DNA of 24,000 bases from Archaeoglobales archaeon (GTDB lineage Archaea; Halobacteriota; Archaeoglobi; Archaeoglobales; Archaeoglobaceae): contig QMZC01000008.1 of the NCBI GenBank assembly GCA_003662995.1, positions 16,197 to 40,196 of the forward strand. The letters are read 5' to 3'. The notes under the pieces were generated by a model, which ran no database searches, was not told the origin of the DNA, and worked only from the letters and a program-made list of their open reading frames with translations. Made by a program: the position numbers and the translations under genes. Below, piece after piece: positions 14,747-21,618 of this stretch. Each line of letters opens with the position of its first letter. The first letter of the stretch is position 1.

Positions 14747-15472
14747 ATGTTGGAGGATATAGAGGAGGAATTAAAAAAGAACATACTTTCAAGCGGAAAT
14801 ACTGAAATAGACAAGAGGCTGGGTGAAGGAATTCCATTGGGCTCATTGACGCTCATAGAAGGTGAAAACGATACTGGAAAGAGTGTGATGTGTCAGCAGT
14901 TCATGTATGGTGGTTTAAGGCAGGGACATTGTATCGCTTATTACACCACAGAAAACACAATAAAAAGTTTACTGGCTCAGATGGAGAGTCTGAGCTTAGA
15001 CGTCTCTGATTTTTATGCTTGGGGATACTTGAGGATATTCCCAATGCATCTGGAAGGAATGGACTGGACGCACGAGCAGATGAGGAGTATTTTAACCTTA
15101 ATAGCAGATCACATAAAGAGCGTTAGAGAAAACGTGGCAATTATAGACTCATTGACGATGTTCACGACTTATTCTGAGGAGGATGACATTCTTGAATTTT
15201 TAACAAAACTAAAGAACTTTTGCGATAGAGGGAAGACGATACTTATCACCTTACACCAACACGCATTCAAGGAGGATACGTTGGTTAGAATAAGATCAGC
15301 CTGTGATTGCCACCTTTTCTTGAGAAAGGAGCAGGTTGGTGATAGGTATGTCAGTGTCTTAGAAGTTGCAAAGATAAGAGGAGCTAAAAAGACAACGGGA
15401 AACATCGTCAGTTTTGAAGTTCAGCCAGGATTTGGTCTTAAGATCATACCGATTTCGCAAGCTCAAACCTAA
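14747..15472 (+). CDS. flaH: Archaellum RecA/KaiC-like ATP-binding protein FlaH (ArlH)
   Basis: Walker A GENDTGKS and Walker B-like VAIIDSL. Size is about 240 aa. An alternative GTG start at 14738 overlaps the flaF stop (GTGA). Confidence 0.85.
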   Translation: MLEDIEEELKKNILSSGNTEIDKRLGEGIPLGSLTLIEGENDTGKSVMCQQFMYGGLRQGHCIAYYTTENTIKSLLAQMESLSLDVSDFYAWGYLRIFPMHLEGMDWTHEQMRSILTLIADHIKSVRENVAIIDSLTMFTTYSEEDDILEFLTKLKNFCDRGKTILITLHQHAFKEDTLVRIRSACDCHLFLRKEQVGDRYVSVLEVAKIRGAKKTTGNIVSFEVQPGFGLKIIPISQAQT

Positions 15473-15473
15473 C

Positions 15474-15489
15474 CTAAAAATTTATAAAG
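15474..15489 (+). promoter_or_regulatory. Candidate internal BRE/TATA promoter in the flaH-flaI spacer
   Basis: CTAAAAATTTATAAAG, with the TATA core TTTATAAA at 15481-15488, lies about 47 nt upstream of the flaI ATG. The predicted ~20-nt leader contains GAGGAGGTGGAGGG. Confidence 0.4.
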
Positions 15490-15531
15490 TAGTAATCATT
15501 ATAGTAATAACAAGAATGAGGAGGTGGAGGG

Positions 15532-17385
15532 ATGGCAACTGCTGCTGCCGAGAAGATCGACTTCAGTATGAAGCCCAAGGGGCTTAAGGCAGGAGTAGTT
15601 GCCAATTTCCCCTTCACACCGAAAAGGTATGATGATCACGATCACACAAATCTGAAAACATGTGGAATTTACAAACTACTTCCAAAACCGATGAAAAAGG
15701 AAGTGGAGAAGAATTTACATTTGTTAGAATACCTGCACATTCTACCTTTGGATAAAATTGGAATTCCGAAGTACTTTCCCAAATTAGAGAAAAAGCATGG
15801 AGAAATGGAGAATCCGAACCTGATATATCCTGCGAGTGAACAAATTTACATTCATATCTACCCCGACAAAAACGATGTCAGAAATTTCTACATCCCCATA
15901 GAGCCGACGCTGCTCACAGGTGTGGAGGAATTGGTTAAAGAGGTTGAGATCAGACTGGTTGATTATCTCACAGACATAGACTTTGACCCTTCAGATTCAG
16001 AGGAGAAGGAGAAAATCTTGAAAAAGGCGTTGAGGGAGATATGCGTAATTACAAATGGCAGGAAAGTTGATGAATTCATCAACGACAATGGTGGGTTTTT
16101 AAAGCTGTTTGTTAAAAGCAAGGACAATGGAAATGGCATGAATGACAAAATATACGTTACAAGGGAGCAGTTTAAAGCTTTAGAGTACGCGATAATAAGG
16201 GATAAGGTTGGTTTAGGGGTTCTTGAGCCTTATATTAGGGATAAGTACATTGAAGATATTACTTGCAATGGGCTCGGTCCAATATTCATTGAACACAAGG
16301 TTTTCAAGGGATTGAAGAGTGTAATTGAGTTTAGAGAAGAAGAGACGCTTAACAAATTCATAATAAGGCTTGCAGAGAGGATAGGAAAGCCCATAACGTA
16401 TAAAGACCCCATTGTCGATGCAACGTTGCCTGATGGGTCGAGAATTAACATAGTTTATGGAACGGACATAAGCAGAAATGGCAGTAATTTCACCATAAGA
16501 AAGTTCAATGAGACGCCATTCAGTGTTTTGCAGATTATTGAGAGTGGAACGATGGACTACATGATTGCTGGCTACTTGTGGCTTTTAATTTCTGAGGGTA
16601 TGAGTGGATTTATATGCGGTGAAACGGCAAGCGGTAAAACAACCACACTCAACGCCATTACCGCATTCATCTCTCCTGATGCAAAGGTTGTTTCAATTGA
16701 AGATACTCCCGAATTGCAAGTTCCACACAAAAACTGGACGAGAGAGGTTACAAGAGGTAGCACTAGGGGTGGCGCAATCGGAGAGGGGAGCGGTTCAGAC
16801 GTTACAATGTTTGATCTGCTGAAAGCGGCTTTGAGGCAGAGACCGAACTATATACTGGTTGGTGAGATCAGAGGTGTTGAGGGCAACATAGCATTTCAGG
16901 CTATGCAAACTGGACACCCTGTCATGTCCACATTCCATGCAGCCACTGTTGAGAAGCTTATACAGAGACTTACCGCTGAACCGATAAATGTTCCAAAGAC
17001 GTACATTGACAACTTAAACTTCGTTTTAATCCAAAGTGCGGTTAGGAGACCCGATGGAAAGCTTGTAAGGAGGGTCTTGAGTGTTAATGAGATCGTTGGC
17101 TACAATCCGCAAAAAGGTGGTGTATCGTTCATTGAAGCGTTCTCGTGGGATCCTGTTACGGACACGCATGTTTTCAATGGTTATGGTACCTCTTACTTGT
17201 TGGAACAAAAAATTGCGACGAGGCTTGGCATTCCAGCAAGTAAGAAGAGAGTGATTTACGAAGAGGTTGAAAAAAGGGCAAAGATCCTGCAAAAATTACA
17301 TGAAGAAGGGGTCACGAATTTCTACGATTTATTCCACACTTTGGCGAAGATTAGAAAGAGTGGATTGCTCAAAATACAGTTTTAG
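15532..17385 (+). CDS. flaI: Archaellum motor ATPase FlaI (ArlI), type II/IV secretion ATPase superfamily
   Basis: Walker A GETASGKTTTLNA, Walker B region NYILVGEIRG, His box TGHPVMSTFHA, and N-terminal IYPxxxxxxYxIxEP-type motifs. Confidence 0.95.
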   Translation: MATAAAEKIDFSMKPKGLKAGVVANFPFTPKRYDDHDHTNLKTCGIYKLLPKPMKKEVEKNLHLLEYLHILPLDKIGIPKYFPKLEKKHGEMENPNLIYPASEQIYIHIYPDKNDVRNFYIPIEPTLLTGVEELVKEVEIRLVDYLTDIDFDPSDSEEKEKILKKALREICVITNGRKVDEFINDNGGFLKLFVKSKDNGNGMNDKIYVTREQFKALEYAIIRDKVGLGVLEPYIRDKYIEDITCNGLGPIFIEHKVFKGLKSVIEFREEETLNKFIIRLAERIGKPITYKDPIVDATLPDGSRINIVYGTDISRNGSNFTIRKFNETPFSVLQIIESGTMDYMIAGYLWLLISEGMSGFICGETASGKTTTLNAITAFISPDAKVVSIEDTPELQVPHKNWTREVTRGSTRGGAIGEGSGSDVTMFDLLKAALRQRPNYILVGEIRGVEGNIAFQAMQTGHPVMSTFHAATVEKLIQRLTAEPINVPKTYIDNLNFVLIQSAVRRPDGKLVRRVLSVNEIVGYNPQKGGVSFIEAFSWDPVTDTHVFNGYGTSYLLEQKIATRLGIPASKKRVIYEEVEKRAKILQKLHEEGVTNFYDLFHTLAKIRKSGLLKIQF

Positions 17386-17393
17386 GTGATTTC

Positions 17394-19025
17394 ATGGAAG
17401 TAGCAACGATAAAAAAGTTTAGATTCGGAAGGAAAAAAGAAGAAAGCAAGGGCCTATTCCAAGGTATCCTTGAGAGAATAAAGACTCTAAAAGAAGAACT
17501 CTACATGGATAATGATTTACTTTTTATACTTACTTACATGGCTTCCATTTCTACAGCTCAAATAAGCAGAGACAAAATCTTTGAAAAAACTTCTGAAAAA
17601 AGAGAGTATGCGCCAAGCAAGTACTTCAGTAAAATTAAAGACTTGGCGCAGAAATGGCACTATGATTATGCTACAGCCTGTGAATTGATAGCAAGGAAGG
17701 TCAAGCATGAAAGGGTGAAAAATTTGCTAAATCGATTTTCGAATGCGATTTCAGCAGGAGAACCAGATAGGGAGTTTCTAGAAAAGGAATGGAAAGTATT
17801 CAAGACTGTAAGAAAGGATGAATTCGAGAGGTGTTTGGAATCTTTAAGAAAGTGGACTGATGCCTATACGGCGTTAACGGTTTCAACATCCTTGGTTTCA
17901 ATAGTAATTCTGTTATCGGTAATAATATACAAAGTTGGCGATCCTGCCCAGACTTTGTACACAACTGCGTTTTTCATACTTTTAATATCGTTTATGGGTG
18001 TGGCGTTGCTTTACAAATCTGTTCCAAAGGATGTAAAAACCCATAATTTGAGAATAAAGTCAAGAGAACAGAGAATTGTTGCAAAATGGATGCCAGTCTC
18101 ACTCATAATTTCATTACTGCTTATTTTTTTGATGAGTGTAATCCCGACGTTTTTCAATCCGGAAATGTTTGTTTTCAACGGCATAGATTTAAAAGGGTTT
18201 GGGTTAATCTCGGCAGGTTTGGTAATGCTTCCGGTTGGATTTGTTGGGAGAAACGATGATATAAAGATAAGTAAACGTGATGAAAGTTTTACCGTATTTA
18301 TACGAAACTTAGGGGCGATAGTGAGTGGTGCAGGTTTGTCAATTGCTGAAGCTCTGACAAAGATAGATCAGAAGAACTTGGGAGAGCTTAAAGATTTGGC
18401 GTATCAACTTTATAAGCGATTGGCTATGGGATTAGATCCAAAGCTCTGCTGGGAGAAGTTTATCGGTGAGAGCGGCAGTTATTTGATACACAAGTTAACG
18501 AGCATATTTGTTGATGCTGTTGATTTGGGTGGAGATGCGGACGTTATAGGCGACTTGGTCAGTTCTTCAAATTTAGAGATGGTCTTGCTAAGAATGAAAA
18601 GGGATTTGATTTCTTCGGGTTTCATAAGTTTAGTAATACCACTGCACTTAGCTATGGTATCTCTGTTGCTGTTCATATCCCAAATATTGACAATTTTTAC
18701 CAAGCTGATTACAACTCTGTTCTCGCAATACAGTATATCGGGTGAGAAATTGAAAAACGTTCCGGGTATCGTTGGTGGCATGAACATAGGCATCTTCAGT
18801 GGCATCCCATTGGACTTGCTGTACCAATACACTCTCGTTGTTGTGTTGATCATAACTACGGCAAACATTTTTGCAGCAAAGATAGTAAAGGGAGGGGCAA
18901 CCTATATGATATTCTACTATGGTGCAATACTCTGCATCCTATCTGGAATTGCGATGATCGTTATTCCGCCAGCAGTGAGCATGGCTTTCACGTTTCCATC
19001 GTTTGTGGAAGGAGGAGGTGGTTAA
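17394..19025 (+). CDS. flaJ: Archaellum polytopic membrane platform protein FlaJ (ArlJ), GspF/TadC-like
   Basis: 543 aa. The two cytoplasmic domains (e.g. LNRFSNAISAGEPDREFLEKEWKVF) alternate with multiple TM helices. AGGTGA lies upstream of the ATG. The gene follows flaI directly. Confidence 0.85.
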   Translation: MEVATIKKFRFGRKKEESKGLFQGILERIKTLKEELYMDNDLLFILTYMASISTAQISRDKIFEKTSEKREYAPSKYFSKIKDLAQKWHYDYATACELIARKVKHERVKNLLNRFSNAISAGEPDREFLEKEWKVFKTVRKDEFERCLESLRKWTDAYTALTVSTSLVSIVILLSVIIYKVGDPAQTLYTTAFFILLISFMGVALLYKSVPKDVKTHNLRIKSREQRIVAKWMPVSLIISLLLIFLMSVIPTFFNPEMFVFNGIDLKGFGLISAGLVMLPVGFVGRNDDIKISKRDESFTVFIRNLGAIVSGAGLSIAEALTKIDQKNLGELKDLAYQLYKRLAMGLDPKLCWEKFIGESGSYLIHKLTSIFVDAVDLGGDADVIGDLVSSSNLEMVLLRMKRDLISSGFISLVIPLHLAMVSLLLFISQILTIFTKLITTLFSQYSISGEKLKNVPGIVGGMNIGIFSGIPLDLLYQYTLVVVLIITTANIFAAKIVKGGATYMIFYYGAILCILSGIAMIVIPPAVSMAFTFPSFVEGGGG

Positions 19026-19027
19026 AT

Positions 19028-19879
19028 TTGGATGTTAGTATAATTGTGGGATTGATAATGGCTGGAGGAGCAATTGGTGGTGCAACCTTGTATGACAAAC
19101 TGAAGAATGAGGGCAAAATAAAGGTCGATTTCAGCAGTAAACTTGAAAAGATAAACAAAAAATTTGAAAGAATAAATAAGTTGGATAAATTAAAGATAAA
19201 GAAAGGCGAAAGTTCTGAGGACAAATTTGGTAAGAGTATAAGCATAGAGAAACTCAAAAATAAAATGGGGTTGTTCAGTAAAATTTCTGATAAGCTCAGC
19301 AACATCTCTTTAAAAAAACCAACTTTCAATCTGAGTAAAGCCGCTAGGGAAGATAAACTAAAAGAGATCGACGAGAAACTGAAAGAAGTTGTGGAAGAAA
19401 CTCCAAAACCGGTGGAGAAAGTTGTAGAACTTGATTCGCAAGAAGTTGATAAAGTTCTTGAAGAAAAGAAAGAGGAATTTGCAATTGAAGATAATCTGAT
19501 CGACGAGATGGAGACCGCTACGTCATTGGAGCAAGATTCGATTTCTGAAATGGACATAAAAGAGGAGGATTTGGAGGGATTAAACGCAGACATAACAATA
19601 GACACCGATGAGCTGGAAGCTGAATTCGGATTTGATGTGGATGAACGACAGGAGGCCGAGATGATTGCAGAAACGGATACTGCTGAAGAGATCGAGTTCG
19701 ATGAAAAAGACGCTTTATTAGCTTCTTTAGAAAAAGAAATAACTGTTAAGAAAGAAGAGAAATTGGATTTACTAAGAGATTTGAGAAATGAGAACTTAGA
19801 CGTTAAGGAGATTGAAAGAGAGCTTAAAGAAGTGTTGGAGATACTCAATCAATTTAAGGGAAAGGTTGCAAAAGCTTGA
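19028..19879 (+). CDS. Uncharacterised N-terminally membrane-anchored protein with a basic then a strongly acidic coiled-coil region, translationally coupled to flaJ
   Basis: TTG start 7 nt after GGAGGAGGTG (19011-19020), which lies inside the last flaJ codons, and 2 nt after the flaJ stop. TM/glycine-zipper VSIIVGLIMAGGAIGGATLY. A K-rich segment spans about residues 23-110, then an E/D-rich segment runs to the end. I recognise no family. Confidence 0.7.
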   Translation: MDVSIIVGLIMAGGAIGGATLYDKLKNEGKIKVDFSSKLEKINKKFERINKLDKLKIKKGESSEDKFGKSISIEKLKNKMGLFSKISDKLSNISLKKPTFNLSKAAREDKLKEIDEKLKEVVEETPKPVEKVVELDSQEVDKVLEEKKEEFAIEDNLIDEMETATSLEQDSISEMDIKEEDLEGLNADITIDTDELEAEFGFDVDERQEAEMIAETDTAEEIEFDEKDALLASLEKEITVKKEEKLDLLRDLRNENLDVKEIERELKEVLEILNQFKGKVAKA

Positions 19880-19944
19880 AATTGCAAAATTGAAATTTCA
19901 TTTTTAAAGGAAATTTATTTATATTTGGATTAATAATTTAAAAT

Positions 19945-20009
19945 GGGGGTGATAGCAAGGGCTCACGAAGTGGGAGCTGGAAATTGCTGCTAACTTTTAA
20001 CAGCTTTTT
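19945..20009 (+). ncRNA. Candidate small transcription unit: TATA-like box, GC-rich ~40-nt core, hairpin plus T5 (or a 16-codon micro-ORF)
   Basis: TTTATATT at 19918-19925. A GC-rich island GGGGGTGATAGCAAGGGCTCACGAAGTGGGAGCTGG (about 66% GC) sits in a spacer that looks very AT-rich by eye. A hairpin GCTGCTAA-CTT-TTAACAGC (19985-20003, one C-A mismatch) is followed by TTTTT at 20004-20008. ATG 19943 opens MGVIARAHEVGAGNCC-stop. No known RNA family recognised. Confidence 0.2.
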
Positions 20010-20015
20010 ACAATT

Positions 20016-20306
20016 TTATTTAAATCTTAAAGCAAGAAGTTCGTCAAGTTCGTCCAGCAAGTTTTTACCCTTCGATGTAATATAAAAATACTCGTTATTC
20101 TTGCCGATTAATTCTAATTTTTTTAAGTTTTCTATCTGCCTATGAATTATCAATGGCTTTAATCTCGTTTTGATATACAATTGGGAAAATCTCAATTCCT
20201 CCTCTTTTAGGCTCATTAAAATTTTTATTGCACTTTCACTCCTTATAGCCCTATCTGTTTGTGCAGTTTGTGCCCTTTCCGATTCAGAAGGGCTTTGAAC
20301 GGGCAT
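20016..20306 (-). CDS. Small winged-helix DNA-binding protein, divergent from the third archaellin gene
   Basis: 96 aa. A Ser/Gln/Ala/Arg-rich N-terminal tail is followed by AIKILMSLKEEELRFSQLYIKTRLKPLIIHRQIENLKKLELIGKNNEYFYITSKGKNLL (helix-turn-helix plus beta wing pattern). Confidence 0.65.
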   Translation of the reverse strand: MPVQSPSESERAQTAQTDRAIRSESAIKILMSLKEEELRFSQLYIKTRLKPLIIHRQIENLKKLELIGKNNEYFYITSKGKNLLDELDELLALRFK

Positions 20307-20399
20307 GGATAATTATTTGGTGTTGTCATTTATTAATTTTTTTATTCGTTTTTGAGTTTGTTGATATTTGGGACATTTAGGGAAAAATAGATAGGTTAA

Positions 20400-20424
20400 T
20401 CCAATTTCAGTTTAGAAATTTCAA
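20400..20424 (+). promoter_or_regulatory. Direct repeat TCCAATTTCA-N7-AATTTCAA upstream of the third archaellin promoter
   Basis: It has the same 10-mer, the same 8-mer and the same 14-bp period as at 11552-11576. GTAATTA (20429-20435) lies exactly 25 nt before TTATATAT, as it does in the flaB1 promoter (11588 versus 11613). Confidence 0.45.
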
Positions 20425-20446
20425 TACTGTAATTAAATACTCATAA

Positions 20447-20462
20447 GTAAAAATTATATATA
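20447..20462 (+). promoter_or_regulatory. BRE/TATA box of the third archaellin gene (probably leaderless mRNA)
   Basis: GTAAAAATTATATATA. The core TTATATAT at 20454-20461 ends 22 nt before ATG 20484. There is no Shine-Dalgarno sequence in between. Confidence 0.55.
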
Positions 20463-20483
20463 GCTTTATTTTAAGTATATGAC

Positions 20484-21431
20484 ATGCCAAATTCTGATGG
20501 TGCTTTCACAGGACTCGAAGCATCCATAGTTTTAATAGCGTTTGTTGTAGTTGGAGCAGTTTTTGGATACACCATACTTGGCTCGGGATTCTTTACCGCA
20601 CAAAAATCAAAGAGTATTGTAGTCAATGGCGTCAAACAAGCATCAGCTTCACTTGTTTTAGATGGGCAGTATATATACCTCGCATGTGACCCAACAGGTT
20701 CCAGTGGTTGTGTCAATACCATATATTTTTATGTGACACAATCAGCAGGCGGAGCAAGTGTGGATTTAGAAAAGGCATCAATTGCTGTTATAACCAAAGA
20801 TGGCTATGAACAGAAACCCTACACAAGTGGTGTAACTCCCATTATTGCAGGCAATGTTACTAACAACATCACACTAAACACACAGGGGCTATACTTAATT
20901 GGCAGTACAGCATATCCTCCGTCGGGCTGTGAACCTCTTGTAGTGTACATTACAGCATTCTTGAGAAATACCAAAAACACATCGCTTACTGGCGATATAG
21001 CCTTGTACATTAACAGTAGTAAAAAGACCGTTTCAAGCATAGAAGGTACAAGCTCAAATGTTACCGCAACGATTGTTGATGGAAAAGTTAGAGTTGCAGT
21101 AGAAGCTGAGAAGGATGGGTGGGTTACATTCAGTTACATACTTACAGTCCCTGGATGTTATGCTGTGAGTGCTGGGAATTCCACACATCGATACATAGAT
21201 GACCAAGTATGCGTTGGTAATTGGTGGTGGTATCAGCCAATCATTGGGGACAGTGATGGAATTGTAGAGGCGAATGAAAAATACAAAATAGAGATCAACG
21301 TGCAGTGCTGGGACGTAGGGACTATTACACCAGACGAAGTTTTAACAATTGAATTGAGACCTGCAGTCGGTGCACCACTCGTAATAACTAAGCAATTACC
21401 GCCAAGCTTTTTAAAGTTGACCTACGTGTAA
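20484..21431 (+). CDS. flaB3: Archaellin paralogue with a ~120-residue internal insertion and an atypical short leader
   Basis: MPNSDGA followed by FTGLEASIVLIAFVVVGAVFGYTILGSGFFTAQKSK. The core blocks are shared with FlaB1: LDGQYIYL, IYFYVTQSAGG, WWY, VEANEKYKIEINV, TIELRPAVGAPLVITKQLPPSFLKLTYV. The extra block spans about residues 113-240. Confidence 0.85.
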   Translation: MPNSDGAFTGLEASIVLIAFVVVGAVFGYTILGSGFFTAQKSKSIVVNGVKQASASLVLDGQYIYLACDPTGSSGCVNTIYFYVTQSAGGASVDLEKASIAVITKDGYEQKPYTSGVTPIIAGNVTNNITLNTQGLYLIGSTAYPPSGCEPLVVYITAFLRNTKNTSLTGDIALYINSSKKTVSSIEGTSSNVTATIVDGKVRVAVEAEKDGWVTFSYILTVPGCYAVSAGNSTHRYIDDQVCVGNWWWYQPIIGDSDGIVEANEKYKIEINVQCWDVGTITPDEVLTIELRPAVGAPLVITKQLPPSFLKLTYV

Positions 21432-21618
21432 GATTTGTTATATACGAAGCTTTGGCACATACAGAGAATATTTTTAAATCTATTCTAGGTCTTGAACGCT
21501 CAAACAAATCTGTATACGACTTTATAGCACATCTCTATAATTACAATTCTGAAATTTCTATTTTACAAGAAATTCTTATATACTTAAAATTAAAATAAAT
21601 ATTTGCGGAGGTGGGTAA

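Noticed and set aside
18988-19848. 286-aa Ser-rich ORF on the minus strand covering the whole post-flaJ region
   Set aside because: It is the mirror image of the GAA/AAG-rich plus-strand ORF. Its composition is Ser/Phe/Leu low complexity with no start context. The plus-strand ORF has a strong SD, a tight junction with flaJ and a sensible TM plus coiled-coil architecture.
20471-20722. 83-aa minus-strand ORF across the third archaellin start
   Set aside because: It is antisense to the highly conserved archaellin N-terminal helix and has no independent support.
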